Shown here: piece by piece, positions 38,112 through 46,223 of the stretch | Layout: the number at the start of each line of letters is the position of its first letter | Position numbering within the stretch: position 1 is the stretch's first letter | From: Candidatus Omnitrophota bacterium | GTDB taxonomy: Bacteria > Omnitrophota > Gorgyraeia > Ghiorseimicrobiales > Ghiorseimicrobiaceae | Reading direction: 5' to 3' | Assembly: GCA_030681595.1 (NCBI GenBank) | Contig: JAUXSB010000037.1 | Coordinates: forward strand, 232,648-296,647 | Length of the DNA stretch: 64,000 nt | Notes under the pieces: model-generated | What the model was told of the DNA's origin: nothing | Databases searched by the model: none | Seen by the model: the letters and a program-made list of their open reading frames with translations, nothing else | Translations under genes and position numbers: made by a program

Positions 38112-38524
38112 ACTTATTTTCCTCCTTAATATTTACCGCTAAATGCGACAATTATTATACTACGGTTTATTTACCTATGCAATATATAAGTCATTTTATG
38201 GGAATTTACCTTATTTTGGATAAAAGCGAAGAATAATATGGCGCTAGAAACACGAGCCAACACCTTAAGGCAATCTATAGAGGTACGTAAAACTAATGGG
38301 ATTTCTGAAAGCACACAATAAGAAATTTTTTGGCAAACGCCAGCCCGACTTCAGTCTGGCGGGTCTATGAGGAATTACGGCGAAGGTGTAGCGACAATCT
38401 TCTATGGAGCGTAACACCTAAAGACGTAAACCGAAATAGACGGTAAAAAATTTCGTGTGCGAAGAAGTTCCGTTAGTTTTGCGTTTCTCAATATATAAGA
38501 AGATTTAAATTATGCGCAGTTTTA

Positions 38525-38899
38525 TCGCGGGGGCAGAATTGTAAGCCGGGTTCTGTTTTGATGGCCATTTATCTCAAGGCTGATATTACTACCAGCCCAT
38601 TAGCAGTCTACCCGAGACTAAAAGCGAGCCAAGACCTACTCTCGTCTCCTATTCGACCTTGCTCCGCGTAGAGATTGCCGCGTTTCACCCGCCCCGTTTA
38701 TGCTGGGGCGCTCGTCTCTGTGGCTCTCCCGTAAAAAAACACTAACGGGTCTGTTCTAAATATAGCCCCCGAACAGAAATCCTCCTCAGGATTTAACCTG
38801 AAGGATGGGAATTATCCCATTACGCTGTCTTGCCGGAGCCCGGACTTTCCTCCCCGACGATATGCCGGGGCAGCCATCTTTCCTTATCCGCCCCCTCAA
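38525..38899 (-). ncRNA. rnpB: RNase P RNA (bacterial type A).
   Basis: Minus strand contains GGAGGAAAGTCCGGGCTCC (P4 5' strand) and ACAGAACCCGGCTTACAATTCTGCCCCC (P4 3' strand plus the P1 3' end). Confidence 0.8.
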
Positions 38900-38928
38900 C
38901 GAATACATAAATTAAGAAACAAATACAG

Positions 38929-39369
38929 TTACGATGCTTTATTCTTTACTGCCATTGTCGCCAGCTTGTCTGCGCCTTTATTGTAAATGCGGCTAATATG
39001 ATTTATCTCTAAGTAACGAAAACCCTTCATTAAATGCATCGCTTCTTCGTGATACGGTTTAAGGCCTTCGCTTTTTACGCGGTATACCCCCTTAAGCTGG
39101 CGATAGAGTAACTCACTATCGGTATTTATTTTTATCTTATCCAACCGCAGGATGAGCGCTTCCTTAAGAGCAAAAACAAAGGCAGAATATTCTGCCACAT
39201 TATTTGTCGCGTTACCGATATACTTCGAAATGTTTTTTATTACTTCTTCGCCCCTGGAAATTATAATACCTATACCGCTTGGCCCGGGATTCCCACGAGA
39301 TGCCCCATCAATAAAAATTTCATACTGATTACCCATTTTCTTCATAGAGAATTCTTGAGCAGGCTTCAC
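38929..39369 (-). CDS. rnhA: Ribonuclease HI (start could be an internal Met near 39345).
   Basis: IFIDGASRGNPGPSGIG and NNVAEYSA RNase H motifs. Confidence 0.8.
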   Translation of the reverse strand: MKPAQEFSMKKMGNQYEIFIDGASRGNPGPSGIGIIISRGEEVIKNISKYIGNATNNVAEYSAFVFALKEALILRLDKIKINTDSELLYRQLKGVYRVKSEGLKPYHEEAMHLMKGFRYLEINHISRIYNKGADKLATMAVKNKAS

Positions 39370-40051
39370 AAGTCACCAGCCTATCGAGCATCCTTATTTC
39401 ATTAACTGTTTGATGCGTCACATTCATAAAACAGCCATGACAGGAATTATCAACCACTTTAACCACAGCAAGGCCATCCTTATTCTTTAGAATGCGTTCG
39501 TAAGTAGACAGGGCATGACGGTCAATTTTCGGGACAACCTGGCTTCTTTTGGCGTTAAAAATAACCAACTCCTGCTCCATGGTTTTAAGCGCAGAATCAA
39601 ACTCAGACTTATCTTTATCCAGATTTTTTTTCTCTCGGGCTAAGTCATCTTTTTCTTTATTAACCTCGGCGCTAACGCTATCCAGCTCATCAAAAATGCC
39701 CAATATTTGGTCCTCAATTAAAGATTTGTCGGCCTTTCCACCCTCTATCTCTTTTAGCAACGCGGTGTATTCTTTATTCGTCTTAATCGCAAAAAGTTGT
39801 GACTGGAGTTTCTTTATGCCTTCTTCTTTAACCGCAAGCTCTAACTCTCTATCCTTTTTTTTAACTAAAAACACCTTATTTTTTTCTTCTAAAGCATTTA
39901 ACCCGGACTTTTTTGCTTCAAATTCTTTGTTCTTTTTCTCTAATTCAACCGGTATAGCTTGCATTTTTTTATTCAAAGCATATATCTTAGCATCAATTGC
40001 CTGCAGCTCAATTAAGTTAGCAATTTGTTCTCTTATGGAAATGACAGCCAT
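39329..40051 (-). CDS. Coiled-coil zinc-ribbon protein (COG1579/DUF164 family).
   Basis: Long coiled coil with a C-terminal CHGCF...CEACSRILY zinc ribbon. Confidence 0.7.
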   Translation of the reverse strand: MAVISIREQIANLIELQAIDAKIYALNKKMQAIPVELEKKNKEFEAKKSGLNALEEKNKVFLVKKKDRELELAVKEEGIKKLQSQLFAIKTNKEYTALLKEIEGGKADKSLIEDQILGIFDELDSVSAEVNKEKDDLAREKKNLDKDKSEFDSALKTMEQELVIFNAKRSQVVPKIDRHALSTYERILKNKDGLAVVKVVDNSCHGCFMNVTHQTVNEIRMLDRLVTCEACSRILYEENG

Positions 40052-40158
40052 TATTTACTTTATCTCCGGGCTCTTTTCGCCGATCACGCCTGCGACGGAT
40101 TCCGCCAGAGGCGGAAAGGCTAATCTGCCCACGGCCGAAACTCTTAGTTCTTGATTCT

Positions 40159-40184
40159 AGCTCTATTTAATGGGCGCAGAAGAA
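40159..40184 (-). repeat. Duplicated tRNA 3'-end fragment (about 26 nt) together with the tRNA-downstream sequence; candidate integration/recombination scar.
   Basis: tgggcgcagaagaactcgaacc nearly matches the tRNA-Val 3' end at 40378..40400. The flanking 40130..40158 matches the sequence downstream of tRNA-Met at 40765..40797. Confidence 0.5.
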
Positions 40185-40377
40185 CTCGAACCGCTCGCCC
40201 GTCGCTCCTCGTATTACTCGTCGCTCCCCATAGGGCTTTGCCCTCTGGCGTTCCTCACTTCGTTCGTCGCTGTCACCCTAAAAACATGGGGAAAGACTTT
40301 CCCCATACCCCTTTCGGGTCGATGGTTCTCGACAAATCTATTTATAGTTTTTAAAACTTACCCTTGCTTCATGTAAA

Positions 40378-40451
40378 TGGGCGCAGAAGGACTCGAACCC
40401 TCGACCCTTTGCGTGTGATGCAAATGCTCTAACCAACTGAGCTATGCGCCC
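40378..40451 (-). tRNA. tRNA-Val (anticodon CAC).
   Basis: Cloverleaf folded by hand: GGGCGCA-TA-GCTC-AGTTGGTTA-GAGC-A-TTTGC-ATCACAC-GCAAA-GGGTC-GAGGG-TTCGAGT-CCTTC-TGCGCCC-A. CCA is not encoded. Confidence 0.85.
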
Positions 40452-40797
40452 AAAATATACCATTATCGCTTAATTACGCCAAGATTTTCATTTTAGCATA
40501 AAAACAATAATAATCAATAAAAAAATATCGCAACTTATTTAATAATTGTGGGTTGAAGCTTTTTGCGGCTTTGGCTATTATGAAGCCAAACCACTGCCTC
40601 TGGCTTGCGGAGTTTAAATTTTGTTGAATTGATAGGAATAAAAGATTTTATCGGGGCTCTGCCCCTATGGCGCTCGCTTCGTTCGCTGTTACCCCAAAAA
40701 CACGGGGAAAGGTTTTCTCCATCCCCCTTTTTGGTCGTCGGTTCGCATCACTCACTTCCTTGCAACTCTTAGTTCTTTAATCTTAGCTCTGTATTAT

Positions 40798-40869
40798 TGG
40801 GCCCAGAAGGTTTCGAACCTCCGACCAAGTGATTATGAGTCACCTGCTCTACCACTGAGCTATGGGCCC
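40798..40869 (-). tRNA. tRNA-Met (elongator) or tRNA-Ile2 (anticodon CAT).
   Basis: Cloverleaf: GGGCCCA-TA-GCTC-AGTGGTA-GAGC-A-GGTGA-CTCATAA-TCACT-TGGTC-GGAGG-TTCGAAA-CCTTC-TGGGCCC-A. The G1-C72 pair argues against an initiator tRNA. Confidence 0.8.
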
Positions 40870-41024
40870 AAATTTTTAATCACGCCATCTCGAGCACTCT
40901 TCTCAATAAAATCTCTTCGCTTGGATATAAATAATATCAGAATTGACGGGTTATGTAAAGTATGAATTTAAAATTTTAATATTATTTTTCTTTTAAAACC
41001 GGGTTTTTTGTATTATACTTATTT

Positions 41025-41561
41025 ATGGCAATGCCTAATAAATTTTATTGCATAAATATGAATAAAGATATTATTATCCTCGCCTTATCCTTCTGTTTAG
41101 TTATAAGCTTGCTGCGCGCCGCCCAGCTAAAACGCTCACTTTTAAAAGAAATACGCAAAAGGCTCTACCCCCTTTTATCACTCGAGCTCGTCAAAGACGT
41201 TACAAACAATAATTATGGGCTTGATATAAAAAACGAAGGTTATTTTCCGGTGAAAAATATCAAAGTTAACGATTTAAAGATAGCGATTAACGACTGCGGG
41301 TTTAGGCAGAACGTAGTTTTAAGGTTTGATGAAATCGATGAGCTTCGAGAAAAACAAAAAATAAGACTAACCATCCGGACGTTTGATGCGGAAAATAACG
41401 CCATAGCAAACGTCGAAACCAACTTAATACCGCATATTGTGAATATAAATTTTGAAGTTTCTATATCCTACCGAACCATCTGGAATACTAAGCTATTGGC
41501 GAAGTTTATCAAGAAGCAAGATAAGTTCTACCTTGAAAAAATTACCTACCTTAAAGCCTAA
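41025..41561 (+). CDS. Hypothetical membrane-anchored protein (start may be MNKDIIIL at 41058); one of only two plus-strand genes supported in the window.
   Basis: ORF with an N-terminal hydrophobic segment, in an AT-rich region. Confidence 0.45.
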   Translation: MAMPNKFYCINMNKDIIILALSFCLVISLLRAAQLKRSLLKEIRKRLYPLLSLELVKDVTNNNYGLDIKNEGYFPVKNIKVNDLKIAINDCGFRQNVVLRFDEIDELREKQKIRLTIRTFDAENNAIANVETNLIPHIVNINFEVSISYRTIWNTKLLAKFIKKQDKFYLEKITYLKA

Positions 41562-41572
41562 AAGCCTTTTCG

Positions 41573-41797
41573 CTACCTTCGTATAATATAAACCGGGGAT
41601 AACGCCGAAATGATTACTAAAAACATTCCCATGAATTTAGTATTACGGATTTCTTTCGGCATAGATACAGGCGTGATCGTCCAATTTATTTTCGCATAGA
41701 ACCTTCTCTGGATTTCAATTGCCAAAACAGGGTTAAAATATATAAACAACCCCGTAGATATCCCAACAAGGCAAAATAGTAGCAAAAAAAAATTCAT
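41573..41797 (-). CDS. Small membrane protein (74 aa).
   Basis: ORF with two hydrophobic helices. Confidence 0.4.
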   Translation of the reverse strand: MNFFLLLFCLVGISTGLFIYFNPVLAIEIQRRFYAKINWTITPVSMPKEIRNTKFMGMFLVIISALSPVYIIRR

Positions 41798-41950
41798 TTA
41801 TTGACTATTCTTAAGCGGAATGGGGATACTGACAGAACCGCTGCCATGGACTCCCCCTGCTCCGCCGCTGCCTCCCACAACTATACTCCTACAGCCACAG
41901 CATAACACTAATAAAATTAATCCCGCATAACGCAATAAAGTATTTCGCAT
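41798..41950 (-). CDS. Small Gly-rich secreted/lipoprotein-like peptide (50 aa, MRNTLLRYAGLILLVLCCGCRS...).
   Basis: I translated it by hand from the reverse complement; it is absent from the ORF track because it is under 60 aa. The stop abuts the ATG of the next gene. Confidence 0.3.
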   Translation of the reverse strand: MRNTLLRYAGLILLVLCCGCRSIVVGGSGGAGGVHGSGSVSIPIPLKNSQ

Positions 41951-41952
41951 TA

Positions 41953-42771
41953 TTAAAACTTTAAAGTCCCTCCGAAGCTTATTTCATTTCCTCCGATAAA
42001 TCTGCCTTCAATATTAAAGGTAACATTCTTGGAGAAATTAATATCCACGCCTAAACCGGCACCAAATTGATCTTCGGCGCTAGAATCAAAATTAAGAATA
42101 TTGGTATTGCCGTAGCGTACGCCATCGGTTTTAATATGATAACTATTCCAGAAGCTACTGACATAAGGTGCTACAGAAAAATTATCATCAATAAAAAGCT
42201 CTATGCCGGTAAATATGCCGGCCTGAAATTCCTGATTCTTGATTTTTCCGGAAACATTGATGGCGTTTGAACCGGAAACATACATTTCATCGGCATCAGC
42301 TTCTGAAAAGGCAAAGCCGCCGTTAAACCCCAAGAAACACACAAAATGAGTATCTAGATCCAAATTTAAAGAATATAACTCGTCGCTGCCAACTTGGTAT
42401 ACAGCATTGAAGCCCGCTCCATAAGAAAGGCCGCTATCGGTTTCGATAGTAACATCTTCATTAGTGGAAAATTTTATGTCTATACCGTTAAATTTACTTG
42501 AGCCGATTTTAGCAAACAGGTTAAGATAATCCGTAACGCCTAAGGTTAATTTCGCATATCCTTGAGTCTGCGAAGAAATTGTAAAGGTGTTAATTTTACT
42601 GCCGTTTGTACTCTCCCCCTCGGCTTTTATATCCCGGTCATGCATAAAATTAGGCTCAACCGTTACAGCCAACTTTTTATCACCCAGAGGTTTAATCGGA
42701 TTACCTATGGTCGAGGCGTATCCCGTTGAAGCTGCCAACAATAACAAAATTAAAACCAATTTTTTTTTCAT
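41953..42771 (-). CDS. Outer-membrane beta-barrel protein.
   Basis: Signal peptide MKKKLVLILLLLAASTGYAS, alternating amphipathic strands, and a C-terminal ...GGTLKF with terminal Phe. Confidence 0.65.
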   Translation of the reverse strand: MKKKLVLILLLLAASTGYASTIGNPIKPLGDKKLAVTVEPNFMHDRDIKAEGESTNGSKINTFTISSQTQGYAKLTLGVTDYLNLFAKIGSSKFNGIDIKFSTNEDVTIETDSGLSYGAGFNAVYQVGSDELYSLNLDLDTHFVCFLGFNGGFAFSEADADEMYVSGSNAINVSGKIKNQEFQAGIFTGIELFIDDNFSVAPYVSSFWNSYHIKTDGVRYGNTNILNFDSSAEDQFGAGLGVDINFSKNVTFNIEGRFIGGNEISFGGTLKF

Positions 42772-42894
42772 TATTAACCTCCTCCTTCTGCTTCAAAAAT
42801 TATAGCATAAAGTGTATACCGCGCAAGCAAAAATTATTTACCCCCGTACAAAGAATTCAGTGCGGGGGTAAATATGAAAACCTATCAAAATAGT

Positions 42895-43317
42895 TTATTT
42901 TTTTATCGGTCCCGCGGTTACTGGCTCCGGGTTTAAGTGTTTACTTAGTAGCGCCCAAGTCTTAGGGCCTACTTTACCATCTGCGGATAAACCGTTTGCT
43001 GCCTGGAAATCCTCAATCGCTTTTTTTGTCTTTGGCCCAATATTACCATCGACTGTGCCTGTATAATAACCGGCATTTTTTAAAGCAGACTGTATTTCTT
43101 TTTCGGTTGGCTTGATGAATTCAGATGAGAGAGCCGCCGCTACAACTGCTTCAGGCGCTGGGGCCTCTTCGAGAGAAATAGTTTGTTGGGTCTGCGCTGT
43201 AATTACACTTACCGGCTCATCCAGTAAAGTTTCCATGCCGCCCGGAACCTCTTCCTTCTTAGAGCAGCCGCATAACACCAAAAACGGTACTAAAACAATC
43301 AATACAATTTTCCTCAT
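42895..43317 (-). CDS. Lipoprotein with a peptidoglycan-binding (PG_binding_1-like) domain.
   Basis: Lipobox LVLCGCS and GYYTGTVDGNIGPKTKKAIEDFQAANGL. Confidence 0.7.
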   Translation of the reverse strand: MRKIVLIVLVPFLVLCGCSKKEEVPGGMETLLDEPVSVITAQTQQTISLEEAPAPEAVVAAALSSEFIKPTEKEIQSALKNAGYYTGTVDGNIGPKTKKAIEDFQAANGLSADGKVGPKTWALLSKHLNPEPVTAGPIKK

Positions 43318-43411
43318 TTATTCTCGTTCACCTCCTCCATCTTGTTTCGTTTTTCTTCGTAAATATCTTCAAAACGGTTAAATTCAAACAAACAAAAGCA
43401 TTATATCTGCT

Positions 43412-43618
43412 TTACATAATTTTGCAAGCACTTATTCCTAAACGCAAGCCAGAGGGCAGTGGTTTGGCGCGCAATTTGCCAAAACCGCTAACCACAGACA
43501 CGGCTCCGCCGGCATTCTCCATTAAAACTAAAGTAGAGATGCCTAGCTTTTTTCTTAATTCTGAATCTATTTTCTTGGCTTGGGCCGCGGTCAGTAAACG
43601 GCAGGGATTAACAGACAT
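43412..43618 (-). pseudogene. nnr: Truncated NAD(P)H-hydrate epimerase (YjeF-N/Nnr) N-terminal fragment.
   Basis: LLTAAQAKKIDSELRKKLGISTLVLMENAGGAV matches the start of the YjeF_N domain. The ORF ends at a REP-like repeat (43440..43470) and the rest of the gene is absent. Confidence 0.5.
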
Positions 43619-43642
43619 TTATTTTCAAAACACGAGGGACAT

Positions 43643-44236
43643 TTACTTTAATTTTAATGACTTGGCAGAATGCTTAAAAGCTTTAATAAATTTATCGTAA
43701 ACCGCTTCGCTGCTTTGATACCTTAGCGTATAGAAGCGGCCGCTTCTCTTGAAAATAATTATTTTTTCCTTAAAGGGTACGGATTTAGCATCTACGGCAT
43801 AAAGTTTATCAAGCATTTTATAACTTAATTCTATCTCCAAGGCATCCAAATTATTTAAAAAGCTCTTTTTTGTTTTTGACAATACCATGGCATCTTTTAA
43901 TTTTAATCTCTTCGATAATAAATCGTCCGCCTTAGCTTCTACCGTGAGCGGGCTAAAACTAACACTGGATTCTTTTTCTATGGTTAATACTATGCCCGCC
44001 CGATTAATATCATTGGCTTTGGTCGGCTCATAGAAAACAACCTGCGCAAAGCTATCGTTTGCGCCTCTAGATTCGCTATAGGACCAACCCGAGATATAAT
44101 CCATTACCGCATTTATTTCAGGATCCTTACTGGAATACGTATCGTATTTAAAATTGCCCGCGCAACCAAATAAACTAAACATATACACTGCTCCTGCGAA
44201 AAGTAAAAAAAACATTTTTTTTAGGCCGAATTTCAT
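43643..44236 (-). CDS. Hypothetical lipoprotein.
   Basis: Signal/lipobox ...SLFGCAGNF, 197 aa. Confidence 0.5.
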   Translation of the reverse strand: MKFGLKKMFFLLFAGAVYMFSLFGCAGNFKYDTYSSKDPEINAVMDYISGWSYSESRGANDSFAQVVFYEPTKANDINRAGIVLTIEKESSVSFSPLTVEAKADDLLSKRLKLKDAMVLSKTKKSFLNNLDALEIELSYKMLDKLYAVDAKSVPFKEKIIIFKRSGRFYTLRYQSSEAVYDKFIKAFKHSAKSLKLK

Positions 44237-44253
44237 ATCTCATCTCCTTACCC

Positions 44254-45411
44254 TTAATACTCAGGCAGATTTTGGTCGCTGTAGGCAAACCTAATCTGGG
44301 TTTTCATAAACGACTCTCCTTGGTCATAAATCTGCTCCCACCCATCATTGTTCGAATCGGTATCAGCGCCTTTTATTTCTTTCCATACCTGCATCTGGCT
44401 GCTAAAAGCATTATATTCCTGGTCTATTGAATTTCCAGGAATACTCAAATCATCAAGTGTCAGCTGCGGATATTTCGCTAACGTGGAATCAATCCACTTC
44501 TGCGAATTATAATCATAATCCGCGTGTGTTGCCTCATGGGCGAGAAGAGCAGCTATTGCCGAATCAGGAGCCGTACTTTTTAAACTCTCGTTAATGTATA
44601 TAGTATTGCGCTCGGTACCCCACCAAAATGCGGCGGCGTTTCCTGCTCCCGGATACAACGAAAAATCATCAAAAATGATAGAGATTTCTTTTAATTCTAT
44701 TAAATCGCCATAGTACCGACCAGATGTTGAGTCTTTTAAAAGAGTTAAAGCAGCCTGCAAATCAACATCGCGTCTTAAAACGGAGCCACTCGTTCCGCCA
44801 TCACCGCCTCCAGTACCTCCGCCATCACCGCCTCCAGTACCTCCGCCGGAGCCACCTCCTGAACCTCCGCCGGAGCTGCCACCGCTTCCACCGCCGGAGC
44901 TGCCACCAGAACCTCCGCCGGAGCTGCCACCGCCTCCACCGCTACCTGAGCCTCCGCCGGAGCTGCCACCGCCTCCACCGCCGCTTGTACCAAAATATTG
45001 CTCAGCGCCACCACGAATAATACCGGTCTTATCCATTACAATCAAGACATGTTCCGGTGGAGCTTTTCCAGAAGTAATATACGCATCAATATTTACGCCT
45101 ATACGCTTGGCTATCGCTAAAAAATTATCCTCACTGACATCTATTACCTTATACTCGTAATACTTCGGGGCAATATCCATGCTTAAGCGTTCGTTTACCG
45201 CTTGCGTATCATCGGCCGCGACGTAGGTGCCCTTATCTAATTTATACATCTCCTCGGCCGCTCTAATGCTCCCCACATTGATAATCGCCTCGGCACTTTT
45301 AGCCTTCTCTATATATAAAAAATAAGAAGCAATAGCAACGCAGGATAAAACTCCGATTACAATCAGAGCAATGACAATTTCCAGCAAAGTAAAGCTTCTT
45401 TTTGATCTCAT
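44254..45411 (-). CDS. Pilin-like N-terminus fused to a Gly/Ser-rich linker of about 75 aa and a C-terminal HExxH (putative zinc-metallopeptidase-like) domain.
   Basis: N-terminus RSFTLLEIVIALIVIGVLSCVAIA, then (GGGS)n-type repeats, then LLAHEATHADYDY. Confidence 0.6.
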   Translation of the reverse strand: MRSKRSFTLLEIVIALIVIGVLSCVAIASYFLYIEKAKSAEAIINVGSIRAAEEMYKLDKGTYVAADDTQAVNERLSMDIAPKYYEYKVIDVSEDNFLAIAKRIGVNIDAYITSGKAPPEHVLIVMDKTGIIRGGAEQYFGTSGGGGGGSSGGGSGSGGGGGSSGGGSGGSSGGGSGGSSGGGSGGGSGGGTGGGDGGGTGGGDGGTSGSVLRRDVDLQAALTLLKDSTSGRYYGDLIELKEISIIFDDFSLYPGAGNAAAFWWGTERNTIYINESLKSTAPDSAIAALLAHEATHADYDYNSQKWIDSTLAKYPQLTLDDLSIPGNSIDQEYNAFSSQMQVWKEIKGADTDSNNDGWEQIYDQGESFMKTQIRFAYSDQNLPEY

Positions 45412-46190
45412 TTTTGGCTCTCTTTAACTTTCCCCTTTATTAATTCCTGTTCAATATATCCTAAATTATTTTTTGCCTCTCTGTCATTCGGGTTAAAAAC
45501 GAAAATTTTTTCCCAGTATTTTTTTGCCGAAATATAATCTGATATTTCCAAAAAAAGTTTTGCAAGATTACGATACGGTTCGGTTGAGCGCGGATCTTTC
45601 TCTATCGCGCTGTTAAACAATTTCTCTGCTTCATGGTATTCTTTCCTGCCGGCATAAATTACCCCAAGATTGTTCAGTATTTGGGCATCCGCGCTGTCAT
45701 GGCTAATTAAAAAAAGATAATCGCTAGCCGCTTCTTCAATATTGCCGAGTTTATGGTTTAAAAAACCTCTCAGGTAATGCAATTCCTTATTATCGGAAAA
45801 CGTTTCAAGCAGCATATCATACAGCTCTACCGCTTTTATGTATTTCCCTTCCTGCACATAACGCAAGGCGCCGTTATACAGGCCCCTGAAATCATATTTA
45901 GAAACCGAGCCGTCATCGTTGTCAATCTTATCGATATCCTGCATCGCGATCCCGAATAAACCGGATTCGCGGTCAAACCAAATTGTCCCCGCCTTAGAAT
46001 ATGCTATCTCCCCTTTTATCTTCTCTCCATTTTTAAAATATATGGTTTCTGCGTATGAATAAAAAACACAAGGGCATATTAAAAAAATCCCGGCTGCAGC
46101 CAATGTTAACACGATAATTAATTTCTGCATAAGAAATATGCATAATAAAAAATCCGTAACCAAAATTAAAGTTACGGATTTTTCCGGCAA
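45408..46190 (-). CDS. TPR-repeat protein with an N-terminal membrane anchor.
   Basis: Repeated A/Y/L TPR pattern, 260 aa. Confidence 0.65.
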   Translation of the reverse strand: MPEKSVTLILVTDFLLCIFLMQKLIIVLTLAAAGIFLICPCVFYSYAETIYFKNGEKIKGEIAYSKAGTIWFDRESGLFGIAMQDIDKIDNDDGSVSKYDFRGLYNGALRYVQEGKYIKAVELYDMLLETFSDNKELHYLRGFLNHKLGNIEEAASDYLFLISHDSADAQILNNLGVIYAGRKEYHEAEKLFNSAIEKDPRSTEPYRNLAKLFLEISDYISAKKYWEKIFVFNPNDREAKNNLGYIEQELIKGKVKESQK

Positions 46191-46223
46191 TAATAAAAGG
46201 CCAAGCTGATAGGCACTCTCAAC

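Noticed and set aside
40159-40184. A third tRNA gene.
   Set aside because: Only the acceptor/T-arm 3' portion is present. The T-stem does not pair, and there are no D or anticodon arms. Treated as a fragment repeat.
43422-43700. Plus ORF 43422..43700.
   Set aside because: The opposite strand encodes a recognisable YjeF-N fragment and the start of the lipoprotein gene. The plus ORF has no support.
44724-45020. Plus ORF 44724..45020 and minus ORF 44775..45014 within the Gly/Ser-coding repeat.
   Set aside because: These are artefacts of the low-complexity GGN/GCC repeat being open in several frames. The real gene is the minus-strand frame continuous with the pilin-like N-terminus and HExxH C-terminus.
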